From Pseudomonadota bacterium (lineage in GTDB: Bacteria; Pseudomonadota; Gammaproteobacteria; Burkholderiales; REEB80): 64,000 nucleotides of DNA. The position numbers were made by a program, and so were the translations under genes. Shown here piece by piece: positions 46,091-53,988 of this stretch; positions within the stretch are counted from its first letter, which is position 1; each line of letters begins with the position of its first letter. The notes under the pieces are model-generated. The model searched no databases. It was not told the DNA's origin and worked only from the letters and a program-made list of their open reading frames with translations. Location: positions 610 to 64,609 of the forward strand of contig JAGWIG010000009.1 of NCBI GenBank assembly GCA_028873515.1, read 5' to 3'.

Positions 46091-46381
46091 TCAAATATCT
46101 CCCTCGTTACTCAGGTTAATATTGCTAATAGCTTGCAATTTGTCCCGGAAACTCAAAATTGCCTGTTCAATAATCATTCGATTTTTCCAGCCATTCATGG
46201 CTTCTATATCCTTGAGTGCTCGGCTGGCCGCTTCAGACAAAATAACGTGCACATTCTTTCGGCCCTGATTCTGGTATTCATTTAAACGTTGCCTTTCTTT
46301 GGCAGAATCGTATTGCCGAGATTTGGTGGTGCGGCCAGATTCCATTCCACCCAAGGATTCAGGTGGGATGGATGATGTCAT
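46091..46381 (-). CDS. small ribbon-helix-helix-like DNA-binding protein
   Basis: RKNVHVILSEAASRALKDI....GW.NRMIIEQAI: alternating beta-strand followed by two helices. Confidence 0.6.
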   Translation of the reverse strand: MTSSIPPESLGGMESGRTTKSRQYDSAKERQRLNEYQNQGRKNVHVILSEAASRALKDIEAMNGWKNRMIIEQAILSFRDKLQAISNINLSNEGDI

Positions 46382-47361
46382 TTAATTTTCTCGATTGAAT
46401 CGATTACAGCCTTTATCTGGATCGAGTGACTGTTTATTACCTGGAGAATGCTTTTGAATTCACCAATCATTTCTTTGGATAAATCGCCACTCGCAGATAT
46501 CAGGTTGGCTTCCTGTGACCAGGCCAGCACTTCGCTGAGTTTGTTTCGATAATTGATAAGCTTGTCAGTCAACGCACGTTGGCGTTGGCGATCAAGTTTT
46601 TGTTTGGAAATATCGTTTTGAAGTTCATCGCGTTGTTTTGCAAGCTTTGCAATTTCGCTGGAGCAGGTAATTTTTTCTCGTTCAAGGCGTTTGGCCTCTT
46701 CTCTCAGGACTTTAACCTTGTCCTCATCTTCTTTACCGGCATTTTTTAGTCTTTCCAACTCCTTGGATACTTCCTGCAGTCGCGTATGGATTTCAATCCC
46801 TTTTGCAGAAAGCCCATCTATATTCTGGTGTGCAGTGTCGCGTTCCTTTTCAAGTACTTTAATTTGTTCCGTCATTTTCCGAAGCTGGATTTTTACATCG
46901 ACATCCATTTCCTTTATGGCTTCTTCTTTTGCAGCTTCAATTTGTCTGCGTATTTCATCTGCATTAATGCTTTCACCGCTTTCTAATCTTTCGATGGTGG
47001 AATCTAGAACTTCCGCTGGGGCTGTTTCTACCAATTCGTAGAGTATCTTTGCTGGTAAAGCCATATTCTGCATCGGTACATTATGAAATTTTTCGGCTAC
47101 TGCAATATAGCGCTGCATGGAACGACGCGAATATCCAAACTCTGCTTCTGCCCATGTCATGAATTTCTTTTCTGGTAACCGCCGTCTTGCCTCAATCAGT
47201 AAATTGCCAATTTCAATAATGGATTCAGCCACTGATTTATTTAGCGAACGAAGACGATAAGTGATGCTGATGATGTGTTCCCTGTCTTGCACAGGAATGG
47301 AATTGAAATCGAATACCACAAGAGCTGAGTTATTTTCAGTGCTGACGACTGCTTCTTTCAT
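46378..47361 (-). CDS. DUF3102-domain protein with long C-terminal coiled coil
   Basis: IIEIGNLLIEAR..LP...F..W.E.EF.YS.RS.QRYI.VA signature; start at ATG 47361 after GGAGG. Confidence 0.85.
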   Translation of the reverse strand: MKEAVVSTENNSALVVFDFNSIPVQDREHIISITYRLRSLNKSVAESIIEIGNLLIEARRRLPEKKFMTWAEAEFGYSRRSMQRYIAVAEKFHNVPMQNMALPAKILYELVETAPAEVLDSTIERLESGESINADEIRRQIEAAKEEAIKEMDVDVKIQLRKMTEQIKVLEKERDTAHQNIDGLSAKGIEIHTRLQEVSKELERLKNAGKEDEDKVKVLREEAKRLEREKITCSSEIAKLAKQRDELQNDISKQKLDRQRQRALTDKLINYRNKLSEVLAWSQEANLISASGDLSKEMIGEFKSILQVINSHSIQIKAVIDSIEKIK

Positions 47362-47465
47362 ACAACCTCCTTTTGAATATGCCTTAGTGCATTTTGCAAA
47401 AAAATAAGTGCATGAAGCGGATGAATGATGCAAAAAAAAGCGCATCAATCAAAAACTCAAGCTTC

Positions 47466-47492
47466 ATCATAGCCATTATTTTTTTTTGTCAA
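47466..47492 (-). promoter_or_regulatory. putative sigma-70 promoter of the ICE regulatory operon
   Basis: Minus strand TTGACA (47492-87) - 15 bp containing an A-tract - TATGAT (47471-66). Confidence 0.55.
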
Positions 47493-47581
47493 GGGAGGTA
47501 AAAATTCTGGTTGTCGAGCTAAAAACCGATTGGCTGGAAAAAAGAATTTCGGGAAAGTAATGCTGGATTGTACTGATAACA

Positions 47582-47723
47582 AGCCTAAAACGTGTACACG
47601 TCACCATATAATAAAATCAACAGGTTATCAAAAATTCGTAAAATGGGCACCGTGCCCATTTTTCTATGATAATTGTAACTTATTGATATTATTTGTTTAT
47701 GAAAAATCAGGTATGTACACGTA
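47582..47723. repeat. symmetric IHF/palindrome module, copy 1
   Basis: ACGTGTACACGT (47590-601), AATCAACAGGTTA (47615-27), AAAATGGGCAC-C-GTGCCCATTTT (47640-62), inverted IHF TAACTTATTGATA (47676-88), TGTACACGTA (47714-23). Confidence 0.9.
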
Positions 47724-47807
47724 TCAAGTAATGCTGAATTAAAACGTATTAAATATACAGCGTTTTTCAAAATCATTAATTGTTTTAATGTAACCAGAAT
47801 ATTCGAC

Positions 47808-48938
47808 ATGAATATCCTATCCTTTTTTAATAAAAAACAGGGGTCAATAATTGTCCATGAAGGGAATAAGCCTGGTGTGTCACCTGTTTTGACTGGGCTG
47901 CCTGGTTCGATGCCTCATGATATCCGGTGCGCCCTCGATGAAAAAATAAAAGTTTTGCTGGACACATTAATTGTCGATCGGCCGCTGATTATTGATCCTG
48001 TAAACCTGCTTCTGAAGTGGGTTTCCTATGCCCCACGGTATCAGGACGATGCCAAATACGGCCTTGCCCTGCAATCTGTTGATACAGCCATAGTCGCTTC
48101 TAAAATTGCTGATGGAACATTATTCACTGGGCTTGAGTCCTCTGAAAAGAGAAGAGTGTTAGAACCCCGTTATCGGTATGCGGCATTTATTGCGGGACTT
48201 TTTTCAAACCTGCCCTCCCTGGCCAGTGCCCAGGTCATGAGCGAAGACAAGATATGGTCGCCCATGAATGAGCCTTTGCATGACTTTGTATTACGTAATG
48301 GAGATTTTCATCTTGTCTGGTCTGGGGTAACGCGAGAATCGGCGCTATGGATTGTATCGAGACACATTCCCGAACCGGTAATCAGTTATTTAAATGAGGC
48401 CAATCCATCGATCCTGTTTGAAATGCTGGCTGCCATTGCCCCCGAAAAACCATTATCCCGCCTTCAACAGGTTGTTTCTACTTCTATGGAACGTGTCATC
48501 AGCCAGTATAAATCCCAATCAACCATACCTGTGGACAAACCTGTTGCTCAACAAATTAATCTGGAAAATGTCTCGGCAAAAACAAAAGAAACTCCAACTG
48601 TAAAAGCTGAGCTCATTACTACTCCACACCCAGATAAAAAGGAACAATCCCAATCCGGATTGAAAGCCGAAGATTTATATAAATCAATGGGGGAAGCCAC
48701 GGCTGCACTATTTCAATCCATTGCCGAGGATACTGAAAGAAAACCGGAAGTGGCTGAACAAATCAAGCCTTCAGAATCTGGCATTGCAATACCTCTGGCC
48801 TTGATTGCAGGGTATGGGGTAGTCAAGGCAGTGGTGCTGGATGGATTAAAACGATCGGGAATCATGATAGAGCAAACCAGAACACACATCATCATCAGTC
48901 ATGAAGCATCATCAGTGATTTTCAGGAAATCCAAATAA
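47808..48938 (+). CDS. MOBH/TraI_2-like relaxase homologue with degenerate HD active site
   Basis: F....E.RR.LEPRYRYAAFIAGL, W.P..EPL and EML.AI match MOBH relaxases, but the HHH, H and HD positions read RYQD, Q and SN. Confidence 0.75.
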   Translation: MNILSFFNKKQGSIIVHEGNKPGVSPVLTGLPGSMPHDIRCALDEKIKVLLDTLIVDRPLIIDPVNLLLKWVSYAPRYQDDAKYGLALQSVDTAIVASKIADGTLFTGLESSEKRRVLEPRYRYAAFIAGLFSNLPSLASAQVMSEDKIWSPMNEPLHDFVLRNGDFHLVWSGVTRESALWIVSRHIPEPVISYLNEANPSILFEMLAAIAPEKPLSRLQQVVSTSMERVISQYKSQSTIPVDKPVAQQINLENVSAKTKETPTVKAELITTPHPDKKEQSQSGLKAEDLYKSMGEATAALFQSIAEDTERKPEVAEQIKPSESGIAIPLALIAGYGVVKAVVLDGLKRSGIMIEQTRTHIIISHEASSVIFRKSK

Positions 48939-50773
48939 TGGCCCTTTCCAAATATGCCAACATCTGGCGCATACCGTACGAAGGCTATGCCGCCCTGGCC
49001 TGGCTAGCCGCCAGTGGGCTGACTCTTGTTTTTTATGGAATAGATGATTATACGGCCATGATTATTGCGTTGATTGCTGCAATTGCTGGCATCAGGCGTT
49101 TTTTTCAGGCCAAGCGGTTAATTGAACAAAGAGTCTCTCTCTCTGGAAATGCTGGCATTATAACCATGACTCGTCAGGAACTTTTAAATATATCTTCTTT
49201 GGATCCGGATGGAATGTTTTTGGGATTGGGATGGAAGTGGCAACCAAGACATGCACGTTTATGCAGGGAACTGTTCGCAAAAAATGATGATGAAATGCCA
49301 ACTGTTCCCAAATGGATGCTAAAAATATTCGGTCATACCAGAGCTCCTGAAGAGACAATCGGGAACCCCAGAATTCATGGACTGGAAACACGTGATACCA
49401 ATATTTATGCCATGCTGGAGGCACTAGCTGGCCATACCTTGATTGTTGGCACAACAGGTAGTGGGAAAACCCGTCTTTATGAAGTCCTGGTTACTCAAGC
49501 CATTGCCGCTAACGCAGTGGTTATTTTCATCGATCCAAAAGGCGATCGGGATCTCGAACTACGGATGCGTGATGAATGCAAAAAATCTGGCCGTGATTTT
49601 CTGTTTTTCCATCCTGCATTTCCAAGCAAAAGCATCCGTTTCAATCCTTTGAAAAACTGGCACAGTCCAAGTGAAATTGCTTCCCGCATTGCCCAGCTTC
49701 TTGGTAATGGTGATAACGATAACTTTGTGCAGTTTGCTCACCTGACTATTGATCGGGTTATTAATGGTCTACTTGCCATAGGTGAACGGCCCAGCCTGAG
49801 AAAAATCATGGAGTATGTCCAAATCGGGGTTGATCCGTTGCTGGATAAACTGCTTGATCAATATTTGTTTGAAATATTTGGGTCAGGATGGGAAGGAAAG
49901 CTAACCGGATATCTGCAGGACAAGAAAGCAGGTAATGTCAGTCGTACTGACGCCAAGATTGCACTTTATACCGCTGAAGTAAGAGGGGCAAATCCCAATG
50001 ATGTCATGGATGGGCTGGTTAGTATCTATCACCACAGCAAAGAGCATTACAACAAGATGATCCTGGCTCTACTCCCTTTGCTGCAGCAACTTACCAGTGG
50101 AGAAATTGGGGAAATGCTCTCACCCGAGCATGAAAACATGGATGATCCACGACCCATCTTTGATTCAGAAAAAATCATCAAAGGGGGAAAGGTTTTTTAC
50201 ATGGCAACCAATTCATTGTCAAACAAACAGGTTGCAACCGCCATTACTTCCATTGCCCTTGCTGACTTTGCTGCTGTCGCTGGATCCATTTACAACTTTG
50301 AGGATGCCAAACAAGACATCTATTTGATGGTGGATGAAGCAGGTGAGGGGATTAATGATCAGTTTACACAAATCCTGAATAAAGGTCGTGGGGCAGGGTA
50401 CAAGACTTTTTTTGCTACTCAGACACTATCTGATCTGGAAGTGCGCCTGGGTAGCAAACAAAAGGCCAATCAAACTATCGGCAATGCCAATAACATGATT
50501 TCTTTGCGCCTGCAGGACACCGACACGGCAAAATATATTGCGGATAAATTTGGAGAAACGACCGTTCGCAGTATTAGTGTATCGCAATCGAATCGTGCCG
50601 AATCCGAAGCCAACATGATGGAATTTGGTGGCACGGTAACGAGAGCCATGAAAGAGGAACAGACTGAACTTATGCCCATGAATGTTTTAAAGCGGTTGCC
50701 AAACCTGCAGTTTGTTGCCCTGGTCGCTGGTGGAAATCTATACAAGGGCCGTATCCCAATTATAACCAACTAA
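48938..50773 (+). CDS. traD: type IV coupling protein TraD (SXT/IncC-like)
   Basis: N-terminal TM pair, LGLGWKW, Walker A GTTGSGKT, IDPKGD, FHPAFP..S.R.NPL, Walker B VDEA, NKGRGAG. Confidence 0.92.
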   Translation: MALSKYANIWRIPYEGYAALAWLAASGLTLVFYGIDDYTAMIIALIAAIAGIRRFFQAKRLIEQRVSLSGNAGIITMTRQELLNISSLDPDGMFLGLGWKWQPRHARLCRELFAKNDDEMPTVPKWMLKIFGHTRAPEETIGNPRIHGLETRDTNIYAMLEALAGHTLIVGTTGSGKTRLYEVLVTQAIAANAVVIFIDPKGDRDLELRMRDECKKSGRDFLFFHPAFPSKSIRFNPLKNWHSPSEIASRIAQLLGNGDNDNFVQFAHLTIDRVINGLLAIGERPSLRKIMEYVQIGVDPLLDKLLDQYLFEIFGSGWEGKLTGYLQDKKAGNVSRTDAKIALYTAEVRGANPNDVMDGLVSIYHHSKEHYNKMILALLPLLQQLTSGEIGEMLSPEHENMDDPRPIFDSEKIIKGGKVFYMATNSLSNKQVATAITSIALADFAAVAGSIYNFEDAKQDIYLMVDEAGEGINDQFTQILNKGRGAGYKTFFATQTLSDLEVRLGSKQKANQTIGNANNMISLRLQDTDTAKYIADKFGETTVRSISVSQSNRAESEANMMEFGGTVTRAMKEEQTELMPMNVLKRLPNLQFVALVAGGNLYKGRIPIITN

Positions 50774-50788
50774 TGCTACAGGAAATAC

Positions 50789-51301
50789 ATGATGGAAATT
50801 GATGCTTACCACGAATTAAATAAGGCCATTAAAGCTTCCGGAAGAAAAAAGGAGGCATCGGTGTGGTTCTCTTCATGGCCGAATATCCGGGAATTGGCTA
50901 TGCGTTTAACGGAATACATCCCAATGTGCGTGCCTGACGTTGAAACAGGCAGGCCTCTGCTTGTCCGTTGTATTGAGGAAGCGTTTGATGCAATCAACAT
51001 GGATTGGTTAAACCCGGAAAATGAAAAAAAATTCATATCAGGTTTAATGAAACCCACGCCGTCCATACTTAACCTGCGCATCGGGATAACCCATAATGGT
51101 TGTTTTACTCCATGGAATCCGGCTATTGAATCACTGATGAAATTCATCAACAGCCAACCCGGAGATCTCACCATTATTGAAGAACCATTTTTCGATATGC
51201 CACCTTATGAAGTAAGGATGATTCTGGCATCCAGAATCATGGACATGATTGATATCAACAGAATTGGAATTAAAAATGTCATTTGCGAACAGGATATTTG
51301 A
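50789..51301 (+). CDS. hypothetical protein in the transfer region
   Basis: 170-aa ORF, SD AGGA, co-oriented within the operon; no recognised motif. Confidence 0.7.
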   Translation: MMEIDAYHELNKAIKASGRKKEASVWFSSWPNIRELAMRLTEYIPMCVPDVETGRPLLVRCIEEAFDAINMDWLNPENEKKFISGLMKPTPSILNLRIGITHNGCFTPWNPAIESLMKFINSQPGDLTIIEEPFFDMPPYEVRMILASRIMDMIDINRIGIKNVICEQDI

Positions 51302-51533
51302 AAGGCAGAAGCTGGTAAGCAAACAGGATCTGGATGATGTCATTCAATGCATTAGAGAAAAGAAAGAAGCCAGGGTGCCTGAATGGGCCAGGTCTGATAA
51401 GTTTTCAGCCGTTAAATTTGCGCTGTTATACGCCTCCTTGAAGCGGCCAGTCATATCTATCGGATGTCTGGCTGCAACGGGTTATATTTTCTGCGCGACT
51501 ATCATACAGGCACTGTCCTATTTCATGAGGTGA
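51276..51533 (+). CDS. small hypothetical protein with C-terminal TM helix
   Basis: MSFANRIF...; hydrophobic C-terminus; overlaps the previous ORF and ends 7 nt before DUF4400. Confidence 0.6.
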   Translation: MSFANRIFERQKLVSKQDLDDVIQCIREKKEARVPEWARSDKFSAVKFALLYASLKRPVISIGCLAATGYIFCATIIQALSYFMR

Positions 51534-51540
51534 TTTTTTT

Positions 51541-52194
51541 ATGGCCAGTCCCACCCGTTCAAAGTTTACCAGCCATTTACTACTGTGGATTATATTGTCA
51601 TTTGCAGTTGAGGCCATGGTCATGCCAGCATTGATTAGCCCCGTCAAAGAAATGGCACTTATAAACACTGAAATGAAAATAAACAAGGCGTTTATGGGGA
51701 GAGGGCAGGGCACGATTACAAATCGGGCAACATGGGCTTTCAAAGGTTTGTTCGTCAACAACGGTATCATGGCGAAATCGGCGCATTTCTTCCAACCGTC
51801 TGAAAGTTCTGACGTGCTTGGATTGGGTCGAATCTATAAAGGGATCTCAGCCAAATGGATTGATAATTTCTGGATGTCTGTTTATCTTTTTTTGTATCGC
51901 TTTTTTCTCATGATTTACTGGATTATTCCAGCATCACTGTTTATAGGTGCTGCTGCCGTAGATGGGTTTACCATCTGGCAAATCAAGAAAACTGAATTCG
52001 GTGTCTCCAATCCGATTGCATTCAAGATTGCATCGATGTCTATAGCCCACATTACAGGGTTCATGGTCTTTTTGGGATTTGTCCCTTTGCCCATGCCTCC
52101 ATTTATCTGGCCTTTCTTTACAGCAATGATTGCTTCAAGCGTATGGATAACTGCAGCCAACTTCCAGAGCGGGTTGAGTAGCCCTGGTATCTAA
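51541..52194 (+). CDS. DUF4400 membrane protein (SXT TraJ-like)
   Basis: Y...YR, AA.VDG...W.IKK..F...NP, P.P.PP and C-terminal NFQ pattern; downstream of traD. Confidence 0.8.
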   Translation: MASPTRSKFTSHLLLWIILSFAVEAMVMPALISPVKEMALINTEMKINKAFMGRGQGTITNRATWAFKGLFVNNGIMAKSAHFFQPSESSDVLGLGRIYKGISAKWIDNFWMSVYLFLYRFFLMIYWIIPASLFIGAAAVDGFTIWQIKKTEFGVSNPIAFKIASMSIAHITGFMVFLGFVPLPMPPFIWPFFTAMIASSVWITAANFQSGLSSPGI

Positions 52195-52382
52195 GACTTA
52201 TTCGTTCTGTTCGCCCCTTTTCCATGTATTGGAGATATTCGGGAACGATTCCATTTTGCGTACCATGGTTTACGCAAGCCAATCCAATTTGCTGAAACGA
52301 TAGCCTATCAAGCCTGAAAACTGGCTGTATTACGTCATCATTCAAACTTAATCCATAAAGTCGTCTTCCCATAATTTTGGGC

Positions 52383-53384
52383 ATGAACGGCCTTGATATA
52401 CCTGATGATTCGACCCACGCCGTATTTCTGGATCTGGTCAAAAATATTGTTCCCTATATGGCAGACAAATCTGTCAGTGAAATCATGGTGAACAGGCCTA
52501 ATGATGTATGGATTAAACAAAACGGAAGCCTGGTTAAAGTGGATTGCGACCTTGATGGAATCAGCATTAGAAGCGCCATGCAGGCTTTGGCTCGAATTGA
52601 GCAGAAGGAAATTCAGGAAAATACCGAAGCGGCCATCCTGGATTGCCATATCGGTCCATTCCGGATTGCCTGTGTAATGAGTCCTACCGCCGTAGATGGG
52701 CACGCAATGTGTATCAGGAAGCACTCAAGTTCAAATATGACGCTTGATGATTACAGGGAAAACGGTTTTTTTAATCCACCAGAGACGAATGATAGCGTAA
52801 GCAATGGCAGCCTTGAGCTGTGGGATATTTTAAGGAATGCGGTAAAAAACAAAAAAAACATACTGGTAGCTGGAGGTACTGATACAGGTAAAACCACCAT
52901 GCTTAACGCCTTAATTGCCGAAATACCGGGTTCTGACCGGGTGATTTCGATAGAGGACACGATTGAATTGAATGTACGGGTTCAAAACAAGGTTCGCCTT
53001 CTCTCCAATGCACAGGCCGGCATCCATATGCGGGATTTGTTAAGGCTTTCTTTGAGAATGAGACCGGATCGGATTGTAGTCGGAGAAGTTCGAGGTGAAG
53101 AAGCCTACGATTTGCTTCAGGTTTTTAACAGTGGACATGATGGCGGGTTTGCCACCATTCATGCGTCAAATGGAAAAAAAGCATTGATGCGTCTCGAATC
53201 GCTTGTCATGCAATCCGAAGCCGCAAAAATGGGTTATGAAGCGATCAAGCTGATGGTGGCTTCCACCATCAATTACGTTGTTTTTCTGAAATCTTCGGGT
53301 GGGAAACGCTACCTGTCGGAACTATTGGAAATCACTGATTTTGATGATGGAAAATACGTTATGAATAATCTGGTTAGGAGATAA
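52383..53384 (+). CDS. trbB: VirB11/TrbB traffic ATPase
   Basis: VSEIMVN.P, IRK, GGTDTGKTT, IEDT.EL, LRMRPDRIVVGEVRG, SGHDGG.ATIHA. Confidence 0.92.
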   Translation: MNGLDIPDDSTHAVFLDLVKNIVPYMADKSVSEIMVNRPNDVWIKQNGSLVKVDCDLDGISIRSAMQALARIEQKEIQENTEAAILDCHIGPFRIACVMSPTAVDGHAMCIRKHSSSNMTLDDYRENGFFNPPETNDSVSNGSLELWDILRNAVKNKKNILVAGGTDTGKTTMLNALIAEIPGSDRVISIEDTIELNVRVQNKVRLLSNAQAGIHMRDLLRLSLRMRPDRIVVGEVRGEEAYDLLQVFNSGHDGGFATIHASNGKKALMRLESLVMQSEAAKMGYEAIKLMVASTINYVVFLKSSGGKRYLSELLEITDFDDGKYVMNNLVRR

Positions 53385-53387
53385 AAA

Positions 53388-53672
53388 ATGAACTTTAAAC
53401 GTACCCTGTTCAGCTTGTCGCTACTGTTGTTTTCAAGCTCCGTATTTGCCGTAGGGATGCCATGGGACGGACTGTTATGTGCAATTGTAACGGATTTACG
53501 AAGCACGGTTGCTGCCGCTGTGGCTGTTGTCGCAATAGTCATTGCTGGATTATCTTTCGCGCATTCTGATGCAGACTGGTTCAAGCTTTTAATGGCCGTC
53601 ATCATGGGAATTGGTATTGCTGCGGGGTCAGTGGTTCTTGTATCCATGATGGGTCTGACCTTTACCTGCTGA
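53388..53672 (+). CDS. trbC: TrbC/VirB2 pilin
   Basis: Signal peptide, GMPW motif, two hydrophobic helices. Confidence 0.88.
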   Translation: MNFKRTLFSLSLLLFSSSVFAVGMPWDGLLCAIVTDLRSTVAAAVAVVAIVIAGLSFAHSDADWFKLLMAVIMGIGIAAGSVVLVSMMGLTFTC

Positions 53673-53682
53673 TGGAATCATT

Positions 53683-53988
53683 ATGCGAAAAAACCCGTTT
53701 TACCGCTCCTTGAATTTGGTTGAAACCGCGGGTGGTGCAGAAAAATCATTGGCTGTCCTGAATTTCACCCTGGGGTTGGCTTTTGTGTATGCCACCAAAA
53801 TACTTTGGCTTCCCATCCCTTTTGCGTTCATGCATATATTTTTACGGTGGTTAACCAAAAAAGATCCATTTATCCGGAAAAGCTATATCAAGTACAACCG
53901 CATGTCAGACAGGCTGGATCCGTGGCCTAGCCAGAACATGAAAAAAGCTTGGCGGCCAGAAGGATTTTGCAGGGGAATTATGTGGTAA
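53683..53988 (+). CDS. trbD: TrbD/VirB3
   Basis: YRSLN....GGAE, two TM segments, KKDP. Confidence 0.88.
   Translation: MRKNPFYRSLNLVETAGGAEKSLAVLNFTLGLAFVYATKILWLPIPFAFMHIFLRWLTKKDPFIRKSYIKYNRMSDRLDPWPSQNMKKAWRPEGFCRGIMW

Noticed and set aside
47530-47809. 70-74 aa ORFs across the divergent ICE intergenic region
   Set aside because: They overlap the palindrome/IHF module, are low-complexity and AT-rich, and show no recognisable motif.
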